This document shows positions 11,337 through 22,670 of a DNA stretch of 64,000 nt, piece by piece. A program made the translations under genes and the position numbers. The notes beneath the pieces were generated by a model. The model was not told the origin of the DNA. It worked only from the letters and a program-made list of their open reading frames with translations, and did no database searches. The stretch spans positions 186,001 to 250,000 of the forward strand of contig BQFW01000005.1 of assembly GCA_020891255.1 (NCBI GenBank), read 5' to 3'. Origin of the DNA: Entomortierella parvispora E1425. Lineage: Eukaryota > Fungi > Mortierellomycota. Each line of letters begins with the position of its first letter. Position 1 is the stretch's first letter.

Positions 11337-13488
11337 GATTGAATTGAATTTGCTATCTTTGTGTCCTGTGCTCCACCCCACAGAAATAAAAAACTTGCCT
11401 CCAAACAGAGTCGTGTGAGTATCCTTGTCTTGCAGAGGTACATGCGTTCCTCTTAGGAAACTCTACGCAAAGGATGGAGGTCCTCTAGAGAAGATGATGA
11501 TGGTAAAAAACAAAAGGAAGAGAGGTCATTGCTAGAAAAAAAGCACGAAGAAAAGAAGAAAGGATGATGATTGACTTTTTTTTTTTTGATTTGGGTGCTC
11601 TCGGATTCACTGTTTGGGCCACGTTTGGGTGACATGGCTTTGTCGATATTATAAGAGCACGAGCGACTCGCCGTTTCTAGCTCCCAGATGGTCTACTGCT
11701 GGATAGCTCAACACCACCACCATGGGCAGGGAATGAGAAAAAAAAAGAAAAAAACAACAACAAATAAACAAACAAAAACGATCCTGCAGCACTACATCGT
11801 ATCCCTCCGTTTTTTTTTTCCTTCTAGATGATTTCGTGTTTTTGGAAATGGCTCACAGGATAGATCCCTTTTGTCGTTTGAAGTCGAACTTGGGCCTTGA
11901 GTTTCCGTTCTCAATGGGCGTTGATCACGCCCAAGAAGAGCAACGGGTTCATCATGCAACCAACGGCCAGGTACCAACGACTCAAACGAAAAAAAAAGGG
12001 TTGACTTGTCAAACAGAAAGCACTGAGCTGAGAGTGCATGGGGCTCTTTGGGGGGTTCGATGCGAGACGTTTTAAGGGGGAGGTGCAAGGGGGTGGTGGT
12101 GGGGGGTGTCGATGGAGATGGTGATCAGTGCCCCAAGCTTGTGCCTTGACAGTTGAGAGATTGCAATTGAAGGCTGGTGTGGTTGCTATTGTTGATCTTG
12201 TGCAGATAGACATGGTCGGTAGGCAGGCAGGCAGGCAGGCAGGTAGACGAGTACATGCATTTGGCTCTGCGGCAAGAACCAAAACAGAGAGCGAAACAAG
12301 AGGGGGAGAAAAAAGGAATGAACAGAAAAACAAGAACGTTTGGATGCCTATCCGATCAGGATGGACGTATGAACCATCACGACAGAGGGGGGTGCGAAGT
12401 GAAGGAGAGGAGGAGGGGAACCAAAAAAAAAAAAAAGAGTGAGTGCAATTGAGTTGCGGTCAAAGGGGGGGAAAAAAAGTGCTCTCGTTCAGCTCTCTGA
12501 GTTCTTGATCTCTTTTGTTCTCATCCGTCCATCCATCGGCGGTCGGACTGCGAGAGCTGGAGGTGGGATGGAGGCCAGAAAGAAAGAAAGAAAGCAAGGA
12601 GCAAGGAAGGCACAGGCTCCACCGAAACCAGGACAGGACGTTTTGTTTGTTCAGACACAGAACCCAGGACCATGGCCAGGTCGGCAGCATGTGGTGGGTG
12701 TCTGTTTGTTCTGTCCGTTGGTCGGACAGTTTGCCATGGGTTGTTGTTTGTTGTGTTGCACCCACCACCAGCACCAGGGTGAAGGGAATGAATACGAATG
12801 AGCTACGGATGGACGTGTGTTTTTATTGCGATAATTGCGATAATTGAATGAAGAGAGTCGAGTCGACGGATGGACAAAGGGACAATACACACGGCGACGG
12901 TGCGGCAACAACAACAACAGCTGCGAATGCTCTCTTTCTCTCTTCTCTCTTCTCTCTTCTCTTCGCCCCCATCCTTTCTCTTTGTTCGCTCTCTTTCTCT
13001 TTCTCTTTCTCTCTTCTCTCTTCTCTTCTCTCTGCTCACCTTCACTTTTCACTCTGTCCTTTCCTTTCCTTTCCTTGGCCTCCTTTCTTTCGTCTTCTCT
13101 TTTCTTCTTCCTCTTCTTTTTGTCACATCATCCTTCTCTCTTTCGCTTTTTAATTCATTCCATTCAATCATTCATTCATTTCATCCTTCTCCCATCCATT
13201 GTTCAATCTTTTTTCTTTCCCTCCCTCCCTCCCTCCTTCCTCTCTCCCTCTCCGTCTCTCATTCTCCCTCTCTCCTCTCATTCTCCCTCCCCCTCCGCGC
13301 ACCAGCTACTCCTGAGGCAACTCTGCACCAACGCACGCGCCATCTTCTCCCGCTCCTCCCGGTCCTGACACGACTCTAATCCATCGCCCTCTTATCATCC
13401 CACCCCACCTCCAGCACATACCCACATCCTCGCTTTTGCACATCAGTCCAATCACCCTTCTTCTTATCCGTGCCTACTCTTCATCATC

Positions 13489-15371
13489 ATGAACGCTGAC
13501 CTGGCCGAGCGCGTCGCCAATGCGCGAAAGGAGGCCGAGTTTTTAAAGGACAAGATTCGCGAAACAAAGTCTGCCCTGAATGACGCCTCTTGTAAGTAAT
13601 CCGACCATTGTCTGCCTGCCCGTTTTCCTCCATTGACCGCAAACATATCCACATCCACATACCCAAACATACATACTCTCTCTCCCGCGGACCAACATTG
13701 AACATGAAAAAAAGAAAAAATTCACCATTGCACTCGCTGACTGACGCTCTCAAAAAAACCTATTCAACCTCCTCCCTCCGCTGATGGACCCATACCATTC
13801 ACATATACTCCACATTCAAACAACGGGATCGACCATCTCCAGTAAAGAACATGTCCGCGGAGCTAGAGCCGGTGACGCGTATCGGAATGCGCGTCCGCCG
13901 AGTGCTCAAAGGCCATCTGGCAAAGATCTACTCCATGCATTGGTCCATGGACAAGCGTCACCTGGTCTCGGCCTCTCAGGATGGCAAGTTGATTGTCTGG
14001 GATGCTTACACAACCAACAAGGTCTATGCTATCCCCTTGCGGTCGTCCTGGGTCATGACCTGTGCCTATGCACCCTCGGGAAATCTTGTAGCCTGCGGTG
14101 GTCTCGATAACATGTGCTCCATCTATAACCTTCGGTCAAGGGAGGGCACGATCAAAGTCTCAAGAGAATTGAGTGCACATTCTGGATACCTGTCCTGCTG
14201 TCGATTCCTGAACGACCGACAAATCTTGACCTCGAGTGGTGACATGAGCTGTATGCTCTGGGACGTAGATATGGGCACAAAGCTCATGGAGTTCAACGAT
14301 CACACAGGCGATGTGATGGGGTACAGTACCAAATTGGCTTCAATATATGACAAAGGAGCGGATGGCTTATGAGGAAACAATCAAAAAGGACGGCGGGAAG
14401 AGCACAAGGGCGTACAAGGAGGACAGGACGCGATCGGGAATGGAGGGAACACTGTCAACTTGTTTTTGAAAGACTCGACCTTGCACCAAAGAGTGCTTAC
14501 CTAAAGCGCACAAAGAAAAAGAGAGGCAGAAAGCACAATGGATACGGGAAGAGCTCTTTCGCACGACGTTTGGTTCGTGGCTATAGGCCCGTCTTGTCCT
14601 CGGATGTCCTTTTTAACACAAGTTATATCATGATCTGCACTCTCTAGTTTGTCTATATCCCCTGACCAGCGACTCTTTGTCTCTGGTGCCTGCGATGCCA
14701 CCACCAAAGTCTGGGATATTCGATCCGGTCGCTGTGTCCAGACATTTACAGGACACGAATCCGATATCAATGCAGTGCAGTAAGTTGTCTAGAATGTTGT
14801 GTCTTTGACATTTTGACTGCATCCTTCTTGTTGTTGGTACTGATGTACCCATGGTTTGTTTTTTTTTCGTGTCTAGGTTCTTCCCCAGCGGCGATGCTTT
14901 TGCGACTGGCTCGGATGATGCGTCGTGCCGCCTCTTTGATCTTCGTGCTGACCGGGAAATGAACATTTACACCCACGACAACATTCTCTGTGGTATCACC
15001 TCGGTTGCCTTCTCGATCTCTGGTCGTCTTCTTTTCTCTGGCCACGACGATTACAACTGTAACGTCTGGGATGTGCTCCGCGCTGAGCGTGTGGGTGTTT
15101 TGATGGGTCACGATAACCGTGTCAGTTGTTTGGGTGTGGCCAGCGACGGTATGGCCATGGTGACCGGCAGTTGGGACGCCACATTGAAGGTATGTAAAAT
15201 TCGACACAAAAGCGACCATTGCGAACGGTACCGAGTCATCTCAGCCTTCTTACTGACTGTGGTCTATCTCATTCTTTTGTTTTATGCTTGCACTATCCAC
15301 CTATCATCCACCACATCAAATCGATCAACCTTTGACAACATCGGACCTTTTATCAACAGGTCTGGTCTTGA
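13489..15371 (+). CDS. GPB1: Heterotrimeric G-protein beta subunit, 5 exons
   Basis: N-terminal coiled coil; [45 protein letters not shown]40 repeats, [35 protein letters not shown]|VWS*. Confidence 0.98.
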
Positions 15372-16033
15372 ACAAGTTGTTGAAAAAGAGGTCGATGCAG
15401 CAAGGATTCTTGTGTCAGACCTCTGACCGTCCATGGTCCAGAGACGCTCGTCCCACCCGACAAACAGCAAGCCAATAGCCAGGCCAACCCAGCCTTCTCT
15501 TCTCTATATTCCCCCCATTGTCCCCTGTAGTTCTAATTTTTGTTCGATGCCCACCAATAAATATTTCATATCCTCCCTCGTTCACTTTACAAGGGCAGTA
15601 GACATGGTCGTCTTTCCCCAACAAAGACACGTGCTCCACACGAATGTGTCAGCATACTGTGCACCCATGCGACCTACTACCAAAAAGGCGATGACAAGAA
15701 AGAACGAAACGGTGCCCTTGCCTAGCGCGCTGTGCGCGTCATGTCCATGGCGAACAAAATTTCCTTCCTGTGAAACATTTTTTTTTCTTTCAAAAAAGGC
15801 ACCCGTTCTTTTTTTTTTTTTTATCTTTTCTCTTCTCCTTCACTCAACACTTGCATTCAATCCATTGGCCTCAGTCCTCTTGCGTCATTGACATTCCATC
15901 TCGCTCATCACTCGTTCAGTCCCCTCCCAGCATCTCCCTCTTCCATCCATTTCAACTTCCCCCTCTTTGGGACTGAACAACCTCCCCAAAATCATTACGC
16001 CGTCAGTGCGTCAACTCAAAAAAAGCAAAGCCC

Positions 16034-19000
16034 ATGGCCACCAGTTCAAAACCCAAAAGGTCGAGTGCCAAGAAGGCATCTGCTCATGGCCAACATCAGC
16101 ATCATCACGAGACATCCCATTCCGACTTTAGCAGCGCATCCTCACGGGCAGCCAGCCCGATTCATTCGCAGGAGCAGGACCAAGCTCACATTCATGAATT
16201 TGACCAAAAGTTTGTCAATGAGGATCACATGGATGCCTTCCGCCAGGCCCTTGCCGACAGTGTCCTGAGCGAGTCTTCTGCAGAGCTCATTTCGGCCGTG
16301 ACAGACTTTGTGCCGATCCAGCAGACGCCCTCGAAGCGTCCTCGGCACAGGTCCCCCAAAAAGTACAACGGGTACAGCTACACCCTGCTGCGTGTGCCCC
16401 TCATGGTAACGATGACAGCAAGAAGGGGCAAAGGGCTTGACCTCTTAAAATGACACACGACCCCATCGTTTTTTTCTATTCTATTCGGTGATTTCCTTTT
16501 TTTGTACAACGGCTAACCTGCATGTCCATCCTTCCCCACCGTAGACGCTGATCTTCAGCATCATTGCCATCGAGATGTGGATGTATATCTGTGTCCGCCA
16601 GATCGTCAACATCTGGGAGTACTTTGTCACTTGGCAAGTGTTTCCTCTTTGCATCCCCCCAAAATAAGCTTTCTGTCCCTCTAATTGTGATTATGAAGAA
16701 TGATGCACCCCTTGAGCCCACGGATCAAACTCTCGACTGACATGACCTTGATTCTCGTTATAGGCGCGGTCGTCGGAATCAGCTACGAAAGGATCTCAGG
16801 AGTGCTTCCACCTATGGAGAGTGGAAAGCTGCTGCTCAAAAACTCGACACTTACATGAAGAAGGATGACTGGAAAAACGACCCCGACTTTGGTTACTATG
16901 ACTATCACCTCCTGTCCAAGGTCAACAGGAACCTGCATATGGCACGAGAAGCCAACCGAATCGAGGAGTTGAAGGATCATCTTCAAGGAGTGGTCAAATC
17001 TAACTTTGGCGGCGTCGAGAACGCTCGTCTGTACTCACAGACATACCACGGAACGAAAAAGCCCATCGAGGACTATGTGATCGAAGGTACACATTTGCAT
17101 ATCAAATCATGTTTCTTCAAAACAGGCGTAATGCAATGACTTGCCCTCTCTAACTTTACATCCTACTTTTATCACAATTTTAGTAACGGCGTCTATGGAA
17201 GCCGTCACTGCGTCTCAGTCCTTGACGGACGAAGAAAAACGATCGTTCCTCAAGAGCATCTACAAAAACTATGGAAGGACAGCGCTTTGTCTCTCTGGAG
17301 GAGCAGGATTTGGCTACTATCACCTTGGTGTTGTAAGGGCGCTTCTTCAGGCAGGCGTGTTGCCGACAGTTATTACGGGAACGAGTGCTGGAGCTTTGTT
17401 GGGTATGGATAGTGCATCAGCGGTCTGGAATTTTCGTGGAGCAGCTCCGTTTCAAATTACTAATTTTTTCGCATGTGCTCTTGCTCTCAATTATACTACC
17501 GCCCGTTTGGCAACCCCACATTGCCGTTCACTTCATTGATTACCGACTATAGCCGCATTGGTTTGCTGTCGTACTGACGATGAACTCCACGAGGTGCTGG
17601 TTCCTGAGTTGGCGCACAAGTTTACAGCATGTGCCGACAGCATCTTTGTAAGTGATTTTTTTCTCCGTCTGATTTCTTGAAATATGTATAGCAGAGTAGT
17701 CATGACTAATCCTTTCCTTCAATCAATCTAGACGTGGTTGCCTCGCGTTATCAAACAAGGATCGCGATTCGATGCCGAAGACTGGGCGAGAAAGGCGCAG
17801 TGGATTACCAAAGGAAGTTTGACCTTCTTGGAGGCTTATGAACGGACAGGCAGGATTCTCAACATCTCGGTCATCCCATACGATCCCCATTCGCCACCAA
17901 AACTGCTAAACTATCTTACAACGCCAGACTGTGTCGTCTGGTCTGCCGTCATTGCCAGTGCTGCTATCCCAGGCATCTTGAACCCTGTCGTGCTGATGCG
18001 CAAACGACTTGATGGGTCGTTGGTACCCTTTAGCTATGGCGGCAGAGGCTTTAAGGATGGTTCACTTCGCGCAGATATTCCACTTCAGGTATGAACGCAC
18101 CCAACTTTATTCTTTCTATGGCTTTACATACAAGGCTTGGAAGAGTTGACCAACCGTTTACGTTATTACTTTACAAACAGGCATTGCACACGCACTTCAA
18201 TGTCAACTACACGATTGTGTCGCAGGTCAACCCGCACGTCCACCTGTTCTTTTACGCAGCCCGAGGAAGTATCGGAAGACCCGTGAGCCATCTCTCTGGC
18301 GAAGGTTGGCGAGGAGGATTCTTGGCTGCCTCAATTGAACAGTTCTTGAAACTGGATCTGTCCAAGTGGCTGAAGGTGCTCAGAGATCTGGAGCTACTTC
18401 CCAAATTTATGAACCAGGATTGGTCTTGGATCTGGCTGCAGAAGTTTGATGGTCATGTCACTATCCTGGTAAGAAAACCTATCTTTACCCCGCTGGCTTC
18501 GTTGGCTTTCATATGAAAGACAAAAATTTCCCAAGTTTATTTACTCCCCCATTTGGTCTCGGATTTTGTTCTCTATATAGCCAAAGTCGGGATTTTCAGA
18601 CTGGTTTCATCTCCTGGCCGACCCTGATGAGAATCGATTGAACCACTGCCTCACCGTTGGAGAACGACAGACATACCCAAAGTTGCACATGATCGCGAAT
18701 CGGATGAAGATTGAGCAGACGATTGCTCGATGCCGAAGCGAGATCAAGGAACGTCTAGATCAAAAGGCGCATGGCGGTAGTTTACGAAGAGTTGGAAGCT
18801 TCAACTTGCTCTCGGAGGATAGTGAGAATACAGTGAACGCTCGACTGCGCGCGTTTGGAGATGCCTACAACACCCGTGAAGCGAACGGTGTCATGGGATC
18901 AGAACCCAAGAGACGCACCAAACGCGTGGCTTCTTGGCCCGGACTGCGACACGCCCTCGGTCGGGGATTGGTTGGCGATTACAGCGTGGCCAAGAACAAA

Positions 19001-19159
19001 GACAATATCCGGATGGCCCATGAGGATGATGACGACGACAACAACGACGGCGATGATGACGACGACGAGTTTCGGGGCAGATACAGGGACGAGGGCGAGT
19101 ATGAAGATGAGGGCATGGGTCTAGAAGATCCTGAAGAAAGATCCATGTTTGCAAGTTAA
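16034..19159 (+). CDS. Patatin-like phospholipase / triacylglycerol lipase (TGL3/4-like, DUF3336 + patatin), multi-exon
   Basis: WKNDP..GYYD, LYSQTYHGTKK.IEDY, YGRTALCLSGGAGFGYYHLGVVRAL, GTSAG, LTFLEAYERTGRILNISV, FKDGSLRADIP, NYTIVSQVNPH. Confidence 0.95.
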
Positions 19160-19511
19160 ACTGGCTCTCTCCATACTCATCGCGCTACGCACTTTGAAAC
19201 AACCTATACCAATAAAAAAAAAAGGATCATCCCAATGGCTGTAGTGAACTGTCACCCATGGCAATGGAGTAGAGGCGGAGGAAGAGTGCAAGGCAAGGAA
19301 GTGGTGTAAAACTTTCCGCTCCTATCACACAAGCAGTACCTCTCATTACAGCGTCTTTGTCATAGAGATTTGATTCGTAAGTCAATATCTGCAGTCTCCT
19401 GGCCTTTGATCGTTCAACTCATCTCAGAATCCCTTTTTTCCAAGGAAAGGGACTGCATCCTCGACAAAGCCACAACTGCGACTTCTCCAAAGCTTCTTTG
19501 TGAGTGCAGGG

Positions 19512-19625
19512 CAAGGATTTGCTTTCAAGAACCAAGGACTCGATAACCGTAGTCTCAGGATACTGCTGAAAGATGATGATAACTACACGCGCAAGTATAT
19601 CCAATGATCTATGGTGGTTCTCTTG
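19512..19625 (-). repeat. Dispersed repeat / decayed gene relic, copy 1
   Basis: Aligns by eye with 22127-22243 (same orientation) and, including its flank from 19501, with 39025-39086 (inverted): shared CAAGGATTTG(C/T)TTTCAAGAACCAAG..AGTC(T/C)CAGGATACTGC.GAAAGA..ATCCAATG..TGGTTCTCTTG. Confidence 0.75.
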
Positions 19626-20267
19626 TGATCTTCATGGGCTGAGTTGCAGTAAAATGAGGAGATGTGTGGGGATGGGGCACTGCGAAAGTGGGTGCTCCTG
19701 CAAAAGTTGAAGTGTCACGATTGAGTCTCGAACGGCCCGATGTATCGTTGAGAACTACGAGGGTTAGATAACAAAGTCCCGGAGGAAAGAAGGCTGTACA
19801 TCTTGAGCTATCGGTCAATCGCACTCGACATCTGACCCTTTGCAAGGTAAAAGACGCCTTCACTGGATACTCTTAGGCAATGAAGAGTTGAGCCAGGAAA
19901 CCAAGCAGCTTGATCCGTCAATGGTTCAAAAAAAAAAAAAAAAAAAAGTTCCATCCGAAGATTTTTCCAGTGGAAGTTTGACGCGCTTGAGAAGTTCCTT
20001 GTTCTTGATCATCTACTAAAAAAATGGGGCCTTGAGAAGCTCTTTGTTCTTGATCATCTACTTCATTCAGGGATCCATATCCAAGAGTATAAGCGATGTG
20101 AACTCAAGGAGCTCCTTTGAATCCTGGCCTCCCCTTCGTTTTGCGTCAAGCCAAGCCTTCGACTTTGAATCACTTATTTAACTCTGTGTCCATTTCACAT
20201 CTTTCTACCCAATTCAGTCAAGCTCCACAACTGCCTCTACCACCACTCCAACCTCCAGCACCACACA

Positions 20268-22053
20268 ATGAAGTTCCAATATCTCATCGCCTTTGTTGCT
20301 CTCTTAGGCTTTGCCTTTGCTGCCCCAGCGTAAGTAGGCATCCATTCTGAACAGCAGCGTCAGGGTGTCGTCTGCCGGCATCTTTGTCATATACATGTCT
20401 GACCCTCTCCATTGGCTTTTTTCATTTTGCTTCATCAGGCCGTAAGTTCAAGAATGCAGTTGCCGCAATGTGCAACATCTATATCTATAATCCATTTACA
20501 TGATTTCCACAAAGATCACATCTAACATGGTTTTCTTTCTCTCTTTTTCGGCATCTCTGCTCTGTGACAATCAGTGGGTAGGTTGAATCCTTTGCCTCTC
20601 CTCGAGGACAAAAAAAGTATAGTGGTGAGATCGACAACAACGACAACAACGGAGAAACTAACCCCATGTCATTCTCTTTAGCTTAATTAGCGGGTAAGTC
20701 GCATCTACGAACTAGTGCTCCAGGGCAATACCAGAGACACAGCTACAGCAGTACCGAAACTAACCCTGAGCCATTTTCCTCTGATTCTGGCTTATCTCCA
20801 TTAGCGAGTAAGTTGAATCTACGGACTTTTATTCGAAGACAATGACAGAGATGCAGCTGCAGCAATACCAGAACTAACCCTGATCTATTCTCCTCTGTTT
20901 CTGGCTTATCTCCATCAGCCCGTAAGTTGAATCCACGAACTTGTGCTTGAGGATAGCGACAGAGACGCAGCTGAAACAACAAAGAAACTAACCTTGAGCC
21001 CTTCTCCTATTCCTTGGCCACCTCATTAGCGAGTAAGTTGAATCTACGGACTTGTATTCGAAGACAATGACAGAGATACCGAAACTAACCCTGAGCCATT
21101 CTCCTCTGATTCTGGCTTATCTCCATCAGCCTGTAAGTTGAATCTACGGACTTTTCTTCGAAAACAATGACACAGACGCAGCTGCAGGAATACCAGAACT
21201 AACCCTGATCTATTCTCCTCTGTTTCTGGCTTATCTCCATCAGCCCGTAAGTTGAATCCACGAACTTTTGCTCGAGGACAGCGACAGAGACGCAGCTGAA
21301 ACAACAAAGAAACTAACCTTGAGCCCTTTTCCTGTTTCTTGGTCACCTCCATTAGCAAGTAAGTTGAATCTACGGACTTGTACTCGAAGACAATGACAGA
21401 GACTCTGCTGCTGCGGCAATACCGACACTAACACTGAGTCATTCTCCTTTGTTTCTGGCTTATCTCCATCAGCCAGTAAGTTGAATCTACGAACCTGCGC
21501 TTGAGGACAATGTCAGAGGCGTAGCTGTTGCTGCTGCGGCAATACCGACACTAACACTGAGCCATTCTCCTTTGTTTCTGGCTTATCTCCATCAGCCAGT
21601 AAGTTGAATCTACGAACCTGTGCTTGAGGACAATATCAGAGGCGTAGCTGTTAACCCCGGTCCTTGTCCCCCGATGTTTCTGCTCACCTCAATTAGTATG
21701 TAAGTCAAACCTATAGCCTTTCATCTGCTTCAAGGACGCGACAGTTGAGGAGACTGTGGTCAACATGGTTAATTATCTCAGGCTGTGAAGCCATATCTAC
21801 CTGTTTGGCCTAATCGCTGATCATTCTCCTATTGGCGTCTTCGCTTGGTCTAGGCATGTAAGTTGACCGGAGGAAAGCGCTTCTGGTTCAAATAACATTC
21901 TGTGTGCGAATCTTCTCTCACCCACCTCACTGCCATCGCTGTATTTCCACTCCATTAGCCTGTAAGTCCTTGTTGGTTTATTAAGTACCAAAACCAAAGA
22001 ATGTTTTAGTTCCTTGTTAACGCCTTACCTTTTCCCATCAGCCTCCACCATAG
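20268..22053 (+). CDS. Micro-exon gene encoding a 38-aa secreted peptide precursor MKFQYLIAFVALLGFAFAAPAPGGDPDLPNHHMHPPPP
   Basis: Exons: 20268-20329; 20439-41 GCC; 20575-77 TGG; 20691-93 CGG; 20805-07 CGA; 20919-21 CCC; 21030-32 CGA; 21130-32 CCT; 21244-46 CCC; 21356-58 CAA; 21473-75 CCA; 21596-98 CCA; 21697-99 TAT; 21854-57 GCAT; 21959-61 CCT; 22042-53 CCTCCACCATAG. Each internal exon is flanked by YAG and GTAAGT (one GTAGGT). Most upstream introns have a CTAAC branch site, the rest CTGAC/TTAAC/CTAAT-like variants. The joined 117 nt form an uninterrupted ORF with a signal peptide. Confidence 0.8.
20578..21696 (+). repeat. Tandem array of ~100-123 bp intron+micro-exon units with a 325-bp higher-order duplication
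   Basis: Unit consensus GTAAGTTGAATCTACG(G/A)ACTT..GA(A/G)GACAATGACAGAGA..GCAGCTG..AACTAACC(C/T)TGAG..TTCTCCT..TTTCTGGCTTATCTCCATYAG-NNN; 20808-21029 closely matches 21133-21355. Confidence 0.95.
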
Positions 22054-22126
22054 TCAGACTAAGATGTTCACCTGGCCCACGATTAGGGCTGAAATCCTTT
22101 CGTCGAAACTTTCTCACGAATGCCAT

Positions 22127-22243
22127 CAAGGATTTGTTTTCAAGAACCAAGCGATCTGCAGTGACTATAGTCCCAGGATACTGCAGAAAGACGATAAACA
22201 CGCTTGCACACACATCCAATGTTTCCACGCCTTGGTTCTCTTG
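22127..22243 (-). repeat. Dispersed repeat / decayed gene relic, copy 2
   Basis: Homologous to 19512-19625; ORF-track peptides LDILARVVIIIFQQYPETTVIESLVLESKSL vs LDVCASVFIVFLQYPGTIVTADRLVLENKSL. Confidence 0.75.
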
Positions 22244-22360
22244 AGGCGGTTGTGTACCAAGCGTTGATCTGACGCATCACAGTCGTCTTCTAAGCTCTTT
22301 TCAACACGTTGTATGCCTTGAGAAAAAGAGTGGAGGGTGACAAAGAAAGAAGCCAACCCA

Positions 22361-22400
22361 TCCAATGAAGGGAGCAGGAATCCAATGAAGGGAGCAGGAA
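22361..22400. repeat. 20-bp exact tandem duplication TCCAATGAAGGGAGCAGGAA x2 (contains CCAAT)
   Basis: Seen directly, upstream of the PA-RING gene. Confidence 0.85.
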
Positions 22401-22534
22401 GGAGAGGCCCCTCTAATTGCTGTCAAAGTGAAGGAGCTGGGATTCGGCCCCATTCGCCGACTGCCACGCGATTTTTTGGGACTGGAACGTGACATCTAAT
22501 TTTTTTGACCTTTTTTTCCATGCAGCCTTCGCCC

Positions 22535-22586
22535 ATTCGTTCGTTCGTTCATTCGTTCGTTCGTTCGTTCGTTCATTCATTCATTC
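22535..22586. repeat. (TTCG/TTCA)n microsatellite
   Basis: Seen directly, upstream of the PA-RING start codon. Confidence 0.85.
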
Positions 22587-22670
22587 TTCTGGATACTCTC
22601 GCTTCTCTTTCTCGTCCGCAACCTCCTAGCCAACCCTTCCATTAACCACCATTCAACACACCAAGCAAGC

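Noticed and set aside
11792-13379. Many 60-170 aa ORFs upstream of the G-beta gene
   Set aside because: They arise from CT/GA-rich low-complexity promoter/5' UTR DNA and microsatellites (e.g. GCAG repeats).
19920-20062. Poly(A) run plus a short duplicated CTTGAGAAG..TTGTTCTTGATCATCTACT segment as a retro-insertion
   Set aside because: Long A/T runs are ubiquitous in this window, and no target-site duplication or RT remnant is visible.
20743-21434. Minus-strand ORFs (20743-20982, 21044-21358, 21240-21434) as a tandem-repeat protein
   Set aside because: No true ATG starts for most, they are interrupted by stops, and they are simply antisense reads of the intron repeat whose conserved elements are + strand splice signals.
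20694-21696. CRISPR-like repeat/spacer array
   Set aside because: The host is eukaryotic, there are no cas genes, and the units are homologous along their whole length with splice-site consensus at the ends; they are duplicated introns.
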